This document shows, one piece after another, positions 24,501 to 36,400 of a stretch of DNA of 62,000 bases. The DNA is from Wallemia ichthyophaga EXF-994 (Eukaryota; Fungi; Basidiomycota), in NCBI RefSeq assembly GCF_000400465.1, contig NW_008806280.1, forward strand, positions 206,001 through 268,000. The letters are read 5' to 3'. Position 1 is the first letter of the stretch. The number at the start of each line of letters is the position of its first letter. A program made the translations under genes and the position numbers. The notes below the pieces were generated by a model. That model did not search any database and had not been told where the DNA came from. It saw only the letters and a list, made by a program, of their open reading frames with translations.

Positions 24501-24927
24501 CGTCCAACTTCTTGTTAACGTGTTCCGGAACCATTTCAATATGCTCACCGAGTTGTAGATTTGGTAATAAATAGCAATCATCGGTAATAATTTCAGTTGG
24601 AATTGGACCAATTTCATCAGATATCTCGCCTTTTACGCGTTTTTCTAATAGATCGAGCCAATTTTTAGGGATAACATACCAAATGTCACCTTGCTCTAGA
24701 GGATAGGACAAAGCAGTGTAAATGAGATTCCAAATTTGAGATAAATCTTGAGAAATAGAGAGATCCTGAACGTTGTCTTGGATTGAAGGAGTTGTTGGCT
24801 GCTCAATTTCAATTTGAGCGTCGTCAGCGATTTCACCTTCGCGCTCTTCTGAGTTGTTGCGCTTCGAAGGGCTCTCAGAGTGATGTACACCTTCTAAATC
24901 TCTAAAGCTGCGCTTATTCGATACCAT
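21577..24927 (-). CDS. Ubiquitin C-terminal hydrolase, Ubp12/USP4/USP15-like (DUSP + USP)
   Basis: DUSP-like WYVIPKNWL; Cys box [18 protein letters not shown]; [22 protein letters not shown]; His box spliced as [16 protein letters not shown]. Confidence 0.93.
21630..21658. repeat. 9-bp tandem repeat (3 copies) in the DUB C-terminal tail (ETN)3
   Basis: catttgtct x3. Confidence 0.8.
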
Positions 24928-25001
24928 CTCTGCGCGCGCGGATGATGATCGTTACGAAGAATTGAGCGGAGTACTCGCGTTTCTCCTAACAGTCATTTAA
25001 T

Positions 25002-25916
25002 ATGGAAGATATAAAGCAATTTTATTTTGAGGGTGAGAATTGCTGTATTCTGATTGGCCGAAGTAAATTTACATGCATTCCAGGCTCACATGAGCAAGTT
25101 ATCGACTCAGTTGATAGTTCAGCACTGGACACGCTCCAAGATCGCATTAATCTCATTTACTCTGTGAGATCTCATATCGCTCTTCAGAAAACTTTGCCAT
25201 ATATCCACCCTGAAGCCATTGAATCACACATAGAATTGCGGGTTTTGGACGCATATACCAACTACATCACCGCTAAAGAACAGACAGAATCTTTGGATAT
25301 CCTCAGGGACTGCTTGATAGAGCTTGAGTCTGAGGAGCATCCGTTTAAAGGTCTTCTCAGTGTTTTGGCTGCCTCAGTCTTCTGGCAGGGTGGTGAAATC
25401 GAAGAGGCGCTCTCAACTTTAGGCGCAGGCCAAGGTGTAAAAGATGTAGAATGCGTAGCTCTTCTTATACAGATCTATATCACCATGAACAGACTCGATT
25501 TGGCGAAGAACGAGTACCAGCACGCTCGTACATGGGCTGATGATAATTACCTCATTCAGCTGTCTGAAGCTTGGTTGGGCCTTGCTGGTGCATCCACATC
25601 CGCGAATATTGGTTATGAACATGCTTACTACATTCTCGAAGAACTCCCAGATAGAGAGAAGCCATACAATAAATTACTCAGAGCGATAGCTCACGCAGCA
25701 CTCAGTCACTTTGATGAGGCGCAGGTTGAGCTTGACGCTCTCAGTCTAGATGACGAAAACACGCTGACTAACACCATTGTCATTTCCACACACTTGAACA
25801 AAGATACCAAGACGCTGATTGATAAACTGCGCTCTATTAACTCAAACAACCCTCTTATAAAAGGATTAGATGCAAAGAGCAACGAATTTGACAGTCTATC
25901 AAAGCAATTTATGTAA
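25002..25916 (+). CDS. SEC28: Coatomer subunit epsilon
   Basis: DIKQFY, ECVALLIQIYITMNRLDLAKNE, DNYLIQLSEAW, AYYILEEL; TPR-like helical pattern. A short intron near the 5' end is probable. Confidence 0.85.
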   Translation: MEDIKQFYFEGENCCILIGRSKFTCIPGSHEQVIDSVDSSALDTLQDRINLIYSVRSHIALQKTLPYIHPEAIESHIELRVLDAYTNYITAKEQTESLDILRDCLIELESEEHPFKGLLSVLAASVFWQGGEIEEALSTLGAGQGVKDVECVALLIQIYITMNRLDLAKNEYQHARTWADDNYLIQLSEAWLGLAGASTSANIGYEHAYYILEELPDREKPYNKLLRAIAHAALSHFDEAQVELDALSLDDENTLTNTIVISTHLNKDTKTLIDKLRSINSNNPLIKGLDAKSNEFDSLSKQFM

Positions 25917-25974
25917 AAGCATCACCAATGACTCAAAAATTTTCATGAATTCAGTTTCTAAAGATTAAAATAGT

Positions 25975-27005
25975 TTACGCGATACCAGCGGCCTTAGCTG
26001 ATTTGAGAATAGCAGCACCAATTTCACCTGGGGACTCAACAACAACTGCACCTGCGTTTCTGAGAGCGTTAATCTTAGTCTCAGCCTTACCGACACCACC
26101 ACCAGAGATGACAGCACCAGCGTGACCCATTCTACGGCCAGGTGGAGCTGAAACACCAGCGATGAAACCGACAATTGGCTTGTTGTGAATATTGTTTTGC
26201 TTGATGTATTCTGCAGCTTCTTCTTCAGATGAACCACCAATCTCACCAATCAAAACGACAGCCTCAGTCTTTGGATCGTGAAGCAAGAGTTTAAGGGCAT
26301 CGACGTGGGTGGTACCTGGGAAAGGATCACCACCAATACCCAAACAGATAGATTGACCCAAACCGACTTCAGAGGTTTGTTGGACAGCTTCATAAGTGAG
26401 AGTACCAGATCTAGACACGATACCGACCTTTCCTGGTGAGTGGATGTACCCAGGCATGATACCAATCTTGCAGCCGTCAGGATTTATGACACCAGGGCAG
26501 TTTGGACCAAGAAGACGAGATTTAGTTTGTTGGCGGAGTACGTGAGCAACCTTGATTTCATCAGCTTGAGGGATACCTTCAGTAATAGCGACGATCAAGC
26601 CGATTTCATTCTCGATGGCTTCGATTATAGCATTGGCAGCGAAAGGAGGAGGAACGTAGAGGACGGTAGCATCAGGTTTAGCTTCACGGGCAGCTTCCTT
26701 GACAGATCCGAAGACAGGTAAACCCAAGTGCTCAGTGCCTGCCTTTGAAGGACTGACACCGCCAACCATGTTGGTACCGTACGAAATGGCTTCTCTGCAG
26801 TGGAAGGTAGCAGTTTTACCTGTGAATCCTTGACAGAGAACTCTAGTGTCCTTATTTACAGCGAGGTTTGGGATGGATTGGTCGTAGAGGTTGTTCGTGC
26901 GTCTAGCAGAGGTGCTAAGAGAGCGGCGACCTTTAAGAATGTCAGCGTATGCTTAAAAAGCCTGTTAATCCACTCACCGACGCTGTTTACAAGATTTTTA
27001 AACAT
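25975..27005 (-). CDS. LSC1: Succinyl-CoA ligase alpha subunit, mitochondrial
   Basis: [69 protein letters not shown] (phospho-His). Confidence 0.97.
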
Positions 27006-27312
27006 GATCGTTTTGGTGTAAGCGTCTATAGGAGCGGATGGGTTCACTTGCCGTGATTAACCGCAAATTTAACGAGCAGCGTGAGAGTGGATGTACAATA
27101 ATTTGCACCAAGCCAAATAGCGCTATTTGTACTTGAATATACAGCGCTGTGCCTTGTGTACTGTGTGCCCATCAACAATTCGTATAAACCGTATAAATGG
27201 GTTTGAGTATGAGCAAATACTACGCCAATCAAATATCGCTTGCAACTGTATCCCCCACATTCCCCTCGTACCTTCTCACGAATACCATCGCTTTTGAACA
27301 TTTACACCCAGG

Positions 27313-27694
27313 ATGGCCGAAAACGAGACGAACGCCAACGACGGCAAAGTAAATCTCAAAGTCGCTTACAGCCAGGGTATGTCTATAAGATATTCAAATA
27401 CGCGCATATTCTTATTCCACTCTTCTTCTCCCAGGCGGTAGTGAAGATGAAATACAATTCTCGGTAAAGCCAACAACAAAGCTTGGTAAAATATTTGCTG
27501 CTTTCTGCCAAAGAACTGGTCAAGATCAATGTGCGTTTCCTTTGCCCTTTTGCACCTCCTCTCACTCCACCACAGCCACTGTTAGATTCACATTCAACGG
27601 CGACAGATTGGATCCAGACGATACCGTCAAGCAATATGAAATGGAAGACGACGACCAATTACAGGCCCACGTCTCCCAAATTGGCGGCCTTTAA
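27313..27694 (+). CDS. SMT3: SUMO (Smt3-like) ubiquitin-like modifier, 3 exons
   Basis: Spliced: MAENETNANDGKVNLKVAYSQGGSEDEIQFSVKPTTKLGKIFAAFCQRTGQDQSTVRFTFNGDRLDPDDTVKQYEMEDDDQLQAHVSQIGGL*, with the QIGG maturation motif. Confidence 0.82.
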
Positions 27695-28013
27695 ATTCCT
27701 CACACCATCGATGTCCTCACGCCTAGTGAAAAGTTTCACCGAACGATTGAAGCATTGTGTATAATTAATAAATCTACCATTCCAGCACTCGCCGCTGTAC
27801 ATAAATTGTCCTATTTATCATTTTCCTTGTATGTCTGCTAGCAGCGCAACATAAACTTAAAGTTGTGCACATAAATTCATTCAAGTCGTGCGGTGGTGCT
27901 TAATTAGCACAATCATAAATACGCCTCTACATCGCGACGCGTCATCAGATATTTCAACCGTGATTGTGTTGTAAAGTAATAAGTTATGACAAAAAAATAC
28001 AAAATCAATCCTT

Positions 28014-30420
28014 CTACGCCTGTAAACTAGTCCAGTATGCATCTTGACTTGGGATCGACGATAGCCCAGTCGTATAAGCCAACTCAATCCCCCTATCGTG
28101 TATATAGTGATCGCTGATTCTGGTCCATGGTCCAGGTATACTGCCCTTGGTTGCATGGTGCGCCTCATAGAAGAGCTTTATCCCAGGCGCAATCGATGAC
28201 TTGCTCTCGTTGGACGTATCCATAATCATCACAGCTTGAACTACATCGAGTATCACCTGGCGCACTCGTCAGAGGTTTAAAGCTGTTAGAGGAAAACTCA
28301 CCTCCGTTAGTCCGATATTATGATTGTTGGTCTCCCAAAGTAATCTTGGTAGGTTGTTGAACCAACCTGTCAACATCTTATCCTGCTCTGAGTTGTTGAT
28401 CAATTTGAATTGCCCCTTATAATCCATTTCATATTGAGTCAGATAGACCCTGGCGATAAATTCCACAGACAACAACTTAGTCTCGGATTTAATACCCGCT
28501 TGAGTGCAGTGGGTGAGTAATGCTTCTAGAATTAATTTCGAAGCGTCGACTGAGTTTGGAAGATTCAATAAAGCCCAGAATGATGATACAAGACACCTGT
28601 ATGTGTCCGCAGTCACTGTTAATCCCATTGGTTGAGCAGCTGTTGTCATCTAGAGGATCATCAGCAAGAGATGATAGATAAGAGAAAAACTGACGTTTCC
28701 ACTTAACATACTGCTAAGCCACTCGCAAACATTATTCATCTGTACTTGAATGTTTTTGTCTAATTTTTGCTCACGCTTGCTAGCACCACTCGAAACTCCC
28801 TCTCTGGATGACTGCGACAACAACAAAGACGAGACTAATTCGCAGTATAGAACATTCAGCTGGAGCATGTACTGATCGACTTCCATTGCTTGCTTTTGAA
28901 GGAAGTCACCGCCAAATGGGAAGTACTTTGACATGTGAGTGAGAATTATACTCAACTCCTTCTCTATTATGTGTCTTTCTGAACAATTACGTAGCAAGTA
29001 GCCGTAAGTTTCCCTACATATTTCCACTACAGCCGTTATTGACTCCAGGTGGATCGAATCCGGGGGTGTATTGGACATGGTAAAGACCGAGGGTGCCGAT
29101 TCAAGAAATACCGAGACGATGACACTAAATAATGACTGAGTCAATGACTATATTATCGTCAGCTACCTATATGTCACTATATGAGACTTACCAAGACGTC
29201 AGCTTCAGCTGGTGTGAAATTCGAAGCTGATTGGGTGGATTCGAGCAACCCAATAGCATTGTTGAGCTCATCGGACGTCAAGCTACCACCAGCTTCCATA
29301 ATTTCAGACTTGTAACCGCTCATACATCCTTTCCAGGCATCATGACTACTATGCCATTGTACAGTTTCTTTACCAGTATCACAGTAAGCAGATCTCCGTA
29401 TACGTTTAACAAAAACGTCGAAAGCCGGCTGAGAAGCAAAAGCGGATGCAAATGGCCAAAGAGGTAGTTTGTCTGAGGCGTCGTTGGAAGAGAGGGCGGT
29501 CTTGAGGAACTTTGAGAGTGACTTGAGAACAACCAATCTAGACTGATGGTGTGTTAGAGTTGTATGTATCGAATGAAATAGCTCACCTTGACACTAAGCG
29601 TGAACATAGCATTGGCGGTAGTGGTGACGGTTGAGCCAGCAGCAGGACCCTTATCGTCGCCCTTTGCGCTAAGCAAAGCCAAGTAGCATTCAATAATCTG
29701 CCTGCCGCCTATAGACGTAGGATTGGTGGAAGAAGAAGCAACTGCCCAGCCATTTATGACGAATTGGGGAATGAAATCGATGAGAATGTCAAGGAACTTA
29801 ATGCTGTCCAATCTAACCTCTGGGAAAATGTGAGAGAGACCAGAAGCAGTGAATAAAAGAAGGATAGAGGAGTAAGGGGTCCAACTTGGCTTAGGGATTC
29901 TAGGAAACAAATCTGAAGCCAGGGAATGGAGAGCTCTACGAACGGCAGCATCTTCATCAACGATAAGCTTAGTGATACCATCGAATATAGATGTTAGATT
30001 TGGGTTTATTGTGCTTGGGTAGCTTGTTATCAATTCGCGAAGACCCAAAACGCCGTCTGGTGGGAGTTGGTAAATGGATTATTGGCTAAAGGATAGAAAG
30101 CCCACCTCTTCTCATATTTGGAGAATAATGCTTCAAATGAACCAACAAGTCTTTCAACGTTAAATTACGCTTTGTGTGTGGTTCATTCTCATCAACGTCC
30201 TTGAGAATACTCTGTCCAGGCAAAGCAACGGCTAATGTGGGTTAGATACACACACTATCAGTACACCCAACTGACATCTTGCTTTAAATGAAGTATTCGT
30301 CGAATTCGTTGCCGCCTGCTTCCCTTTACCAAGCTTTGTTTTCTGCTTCTATTTTACTTGTTAAATTATTCAAAATCTCAGGCAATCACAAACTCTGAAA
30401 TCTGGCGCCTGCTTTGGCAT
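28014..30420 (-). CDS. IPI1: Pre-rRNA processing Rix1-complex subunit Ipi1/TEX10, multi-exon (3' end uncertain)
   Basis: N-terminus MPKQAPDFQ..KTKLGKGKQAATNSTNTSFKAR, LIVDEDAAVRRAL, SHIFPEVRLDSIKFLDIL. Confidence 0.85.
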
Positions 30421-30482
30421 CTTGGTGGTTAACACTCAACCATCATCTCCCACGCGTATACCCAATTCTCATTTATCAAAAT

Positions 30483-33400
30483 ATGAATTCGACTCAGCCA
30501 CAGAGGTTAGCTTTTTATTCATTCTGGCCAATCAAATCTCATTTTCCCCTAGAGATGCTCTATCTGGTACTGCCCATGTAGAGCTGCTCGGCAAGTCACT
30601 CAATATAAATCAGCGCATGGGCGTTTTTGGTGGGTTTTATCGGTTCATATGGCAATTCTAATTTCAATTTCAGTTACCAGCAATCCCGGTGAGCCACTCT
30701 CCATTGCATTCCTCTCCTCTCTAACCGCGTACAGGTTACGCCGGTCGCAGTAATTTACCAGACAATCTCAAGAAATTATTCAGATCTCAGGCTATGACTC
30801 ACCCTGATAGAGAATCTATCGCCCAAGTCATGCTTTTCTCGCAAGGTTTCAGATCCGCCGAAAAGCTCGCCTCTAAGATTGTCCCCTTTTTCGTTCTCTG
30901 CGCCGAGCAGCTCTCTCCTCAGCCTCACTATGATTTTGGCCTTCGTGCTCTCAAGGCTGTCCTCATTTCCGCCGGTAATCTCAAGCGTGATCGTATCTTA
31001 TCCTCTGTTGACACCCCCAACCAAGGCGAGAACAGCCTTATCGAACAAGAAATACTTATTCAAAGCGTTACTGAAACTATCGTCCCAAAACTCGTCGCTG
31101 AGGATGTCCCCTTACTCACTAACCTCTTATCAGACGTTTTTCCAGGTGTTGAATACGTACCCGTCGATTTGTCTGCTTTGAAAGAAAAAATTGCTCTTGT
31201 TTGCTCCGAGAGGAAGCTCGTTAAAGGTGACTTATGGCTCACCAAGGTTTTGCAACTTTACCAGATTCAACGCATTCAGCACGGTTTGATGATGGTTGGT
31301 CCCGCTGGTACTGGTAAAACTCAAGCTTGGCAGGTATTATCTCAAGCTTTAGAAAGACTTGACGGCGTTGAAAGCGTTTCTTACGTCATTGATCCCAAAG
31401 CAATGTCCAAAGAAGCGCTTTACGGTACCCTTGATCAAACCACACGTGAATGGAACGACGGCCTTTTCACCCATATCTTGCGCAAAATCGTCGATAATGT
31501 TCGCGGTGAAAGCTCAAAAAGACATTGGATCATCTTTGATGGTGATGTTGATCCTGAATGGGTTGAGAACCTCAACAGTGTTCTCGATGACAACAAGCTT
31601 CTCACTCTCCCCAACGGTGAGCGTCTCAATCTGCCATCCAACGTTAAGATTATGTTTGAAGTCGAGCATCTAAAGTATGCAACTCCTGCAACTGTCAGTA
31701 GATGTGGTATGATTTGGTTTAGCGGTGATGCTGTCACACAGGAAATGTACTGTACAAACTATCTTGATACCCTTGCAAACATGCCTCTCGATGGTGATGA
31801 AGAGACTGGCATCGATATGACAGTGCGGCGTGGCGAGGTTATTTCAAACAAAAACCACCAGACTTCTCCTTCACTTCAACTTCAAAGAAATGTGGTGGAC
31901 ATTCTCAAGCCTTCTTTTCAGCCAGGCATGATAGTAGACAGTGCACTAAAACATGCTGCTACTTACGAGCACATAATGGACTTCACCTTCATGCGCGCAC
32001 TCACTACGCTCTTCTCACTTATCAATAAATCTATAAGAAATGTTATTGATCACAATCTCCAACATTCAGATTTCCCCCTTTCAATTCAACACGTTGAGCA
32101 ATACATCAACAAGCGCCTTTTAGTAGCTATTGTTTGGGCTTTTACAGGCGACACAAAATTAGACCTCCGTCTTGAAATGGGTGACTATTTACGGGGTCTC
32201 ACGACAATTGAGTTACCAATAATTGGTGATGGTATGTCCTTAATAGACTTCGATGTAAACGTGGCTACTTCAGACTGGTTCAATTGGACAGAGAAAGTTC
32301 CTACAATCGAACTAGAGACTCATGCTGTTACTGTTGCTGATGTGGTCGTTCCTACCGTTGATACGATCAGACATGAGGAGGTTCTCTATTCTTGGCTGTC
32401 TGAACACAAACCTCTGATGCTCTGTGGGCCACCAGGATCTGGTAAAGTAAGTATTTTCACCTATGTCAAGATTTATACTAATGTTCAATTTAGACAATGA
32501 CACTCTTCTCTGCATTACGTAAATTACCAGATATGGAAATTGTTGGACTTAACTTCTCATCTGCTACCACGCCAGAGCTCATTTTGAAAACATTCGAACA
32601 ATACTGTGAACTTCGTAAAACACCAAATGGAAATGTATTGGCTCCATCTCAAATCGGTCGTTGGTTGGTGGTTTTCTGTGATGAGATCAATTTGCCGGCC
32701 TTAGACAAGTATGGTACACAAAAGGTTATCTCTTTCCTGCGTCAATTAGTGGAATCGAACGGTTACTGGCGCACATCTGATATGACATGGGTGCAGCTGG
32801 AACGAATTCAATTTGTTGGTGCATGTAACCCACCTACTGATCCTGGACGTGTTCCACTGACCCAAAGATTCCTTAGACACGCACCACTTGTCATGGTCGA
32901 CTATCCCGGTGAAATATCTCTCAACCAAATTTACGGCACATTTAATCGCGCTTTACTCAAGTCGGTCCCTCAATTGCGCGGCTATGCTGAGGCTTTGACT
33001 GGTGCAATGGTTGAACTTTATCTTGAGTCACAGAGAAGGTTTACGGCTGATATTCAAGCTCACTATATCTATTCACCACGTGAATTGACTCGTTGGGCTA
33101 GAGGCATCTTTGATGCGATAAAACCATTAGATACGCTTACAGTTGAAGGTCTTGTCAGAATATGGGCACATGAGGCTCTTCGTCTCTTCCAAGACAGGCT
33201 TGTTGGCGCAGATGAGAGAAAGTGGACAGATGAACGCGTTGATTCTATTGCTTTAAAGCACTTCCAGAATATCGAGAGCGAAAGTGCGCTTTCCAGGCCA
33301 ATTCTTTTCTCCAATTGGTTGTCTAAGAATTACGTCTCTGTTGATCGTGAGGAATTGAGAGAATTCGTTAAGTCCCGTTTACACATATTCGAAGAGGAAG

Positions 33401-36400
33401 AGCTTGATGTTCAGCTTGTTTTGTTCGACGATGTTCTTGACAATGTCTTACGTATTGATAAAGTTCTCCGACAAGTACAAGGTCATGCTTTATTGATTGG
33501 TGTCAGTGGTAGTGGCAAAACAACGCTTTCACGCTTTGTCGCTTGGATGAATGGTCTCAGTATTTTCCAAATCAAAGTTTCGAATAGCTATACAGGTGAA
33601 GATTTCGACGAAGACCTCAAAACAGTACTGCGCAGAGCAGGCACGAAAGATGAGAAAATTTGCTTCATTATGGACGAATCAAATGTTCTTGACTCAGGCT
33701 TTTTGGAGCGTATGAATACCTTGCTCGCCAATGCCGAGGTTCCAGGATTGTTTGAAGGAGATGAGCATTCTTCACTTATGACAGCTTGTAAAGAAGGGGC
33801 AGCCAGAAACGGCATGATGTTAGACTCGCACGACGAATTATACAGGTGGTTCACTAGTCAAGTCTCAAGAAACTTACATGTTGTTTTCACCATGAATCCA
33901 CCAGAAAATGGCTTGGCTTCAAGAGCTGCTACGTCCCCTGCACTTTTCAACCGCTGTGTTGTTACATGGATGGGTGATTGGGCACCTGCCTCCCTTGCAA
34001 CCGTAGCTTCCGAGCTTACTGATCCTCTTGATGTGAGTACTTCCTAATTGGTTTGCGTTTCTAACCCTTGCATAGATCGATACGCGTGTTTACAACCCGC
34101 CTGCTCCATTTCCCACTGCTCATCATACTCTTCAAGCAGATCTTACTTACAGAGGTGCCGTTGTAAACGCCTTCGTTTACGTGCACCTATCTTTACATGA
34201 GATCAGCAAGCGCTTGAGTAAACGACAAGGTCGTTATAAGTGAGTGTCTTTCACGTTTTGAGATTATTGCTCATGTGATTCAGCTATGTCACTCCTCGAC
34301 ACTACTTGGATTTTATTGACCAATACGTTAAGTTGTTCAATGAAAAGCGTAATGAACTGGAAGAGCAACAGCGTCATTTGAATGTTGGTTTAGATAAACT
34401 ACGCGATACGGTAGTTCAAGTTGATGAACTTCAAAAAAGCTTAGCCGTAAAAGACACTCAATTGAAAGCCAAAGTTGCCGAGGGAGATGAAAAATTAGCC
34501 AAAATGCTTGAAGAGCAGAAACAGGCCGAGAGCAACAAAGCTACCTCAATCCAAATTCAAAGTCAGCTTCAAGAACAGAACAAAAACATAGCGCAGAGGA
34601 AAGAGGTTGTTATGACTGATCTTGCTGATGCTGAACCAGCTGTTAAAAGTGCACAGGAGTCCGTTAGTAATATCAAGAAGCAACATCTCACAGAAGTCAG
34701 ATCTATGGGTAACCCTCCAGAAGGTGTCAAGCTCGCTATGGAATCCGTTTGCACCGTACTGGGACATAAACTTGATGGTTGGAAGACCGTTCAGGGTATC
34801 ATCAGAAGAGATGATTTTATCCATTCAATCGTTAACTTCGACACTACCAAGCAAATGTCTAAGAGCCTCAGCGATCGTATTAAAAATGAGTTCATGTCGA
34901 GACCTAAGTACAACTTCGAAGACATTAATCGTGCATCGAAAGCATGTGGACCTTTAGTTAAATGGGTTATTGCTCAAGTACACTTTGCGGAGATACTCGA
35001 CAGGGTCGGTCCACTTAGGAACGAGGTGCACTATCTCGAAGAAAAGAGTTTGCACACACAGAAGCAAGCCAGCACTATAATTGACATGATCAAAGAGCTC
35101 GAAGACAGCATAGGAAAGTACAAGGACGAGTATGCAGGCCTAATTTCGGAACAGCAAGCTATTAAGAGTGAGACTGAGCGCGTACAGAAAAAAGTCGAAA
35201 GAAGTAAAACATTGTTGAGTTCACTTTCAGCCGAGCAAGATCGTTGGGAGACAAGCTCAAAGACATTCGAGTCTCAAATGAGTACGATTGTTGGAGACGT
35301 ACTTCTATCAGCTGCTTTCCTCGCATATGCTGGCTTCTTTGACCAACAGTACAGAGAAGCAATGTGGAATGGCTGGGTTACATATATGAATGATGCTGGT
35401 ATTAAATTCAAACAGGAGCTCTCGTTCGCCGACTATCTCTCGACTGCCGATGACAGACTTAGCTGGCAATCTAAATCTCTTCCAGCAGATACTCTCTGTA
35501 CAGAGAATGCCATCATGATGAGTCGTTTTAACAGGTTCCCACTCATCATTGATCCATCTGGTCAAGCATCTAATTTCCTTATCAACGAGTATAAAGGTTC
35601 GAACAGAAAATTGAGTGTGACCAGCTTTTCGGACAACTCATTCCTAAAGCAGCTGGAATCAGCAATGAGATTCGGTAATCCAATACTCGTTCAGGATGTA
35701 GAGTTTTTGGATCCGATCATTAACCCAATATTAAACAAGGAGATTCGAAGAAGTGGTGGTCGTGTACTTATTCGTGTTGGTAATCAAGACATCGACTACT
35801 CGCCTGCCTTCAACATGTTCCTAATGACACGTGATCCAAGTGTCGAATTCAGTCCAGATGTTTGCAGTAGAGTAACGTTCGTAAACTTTACCATGACGAG
35901 AAGCTCTCTCCAATCTCAATCTCTAGACCAAGTGCTCAAATCAGAAAGACCAGACGTAGATGCAAAGAGAACAAATCTTCTCAAACTACAGGGCGAGTTC
36001 AGACTGCGGTTGCACTTCTTGGAAAAAGGTCTGCTACAGGCGCTGAATGAGTCAACTGGTAACATTCTTGATGATGACAAAGTCATTGAAACTCTCGAAA
36101 CACTGAAGAAAGAGGCTGCTGATGTTACGGTTCAAGTTGAGGATACTGATACAACTATGGCGGAGGTAGATCATGTGACTTCTGAGTACCAGCCGCTTGC
36201 ATCTGCTTGCTCATCTGTGTTCTTTGTTATGGATCAATTGAATCTCATCAACCACTTTTATCAATTTTCTTTGAGGTTCTTTTCAGATATTTTTGATTTC
36301 ATCATACGTCAAAATCCTCATTTGAGCGGAATTACAGACCATAAAGAGAGACTAGACGTCCTCACTAATGACCTCTTTCTGGTCACATTTCAACGCACCT

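Noticed and set aside
27044-27301. 85-aa ATG-initiated ORF filling the LSC1-SUMO intergenic gap
   Set aside because: No recognisable domain, and it occupies the shared promoter space. It could be a uORF or chance, so it is unsupported without expression data.
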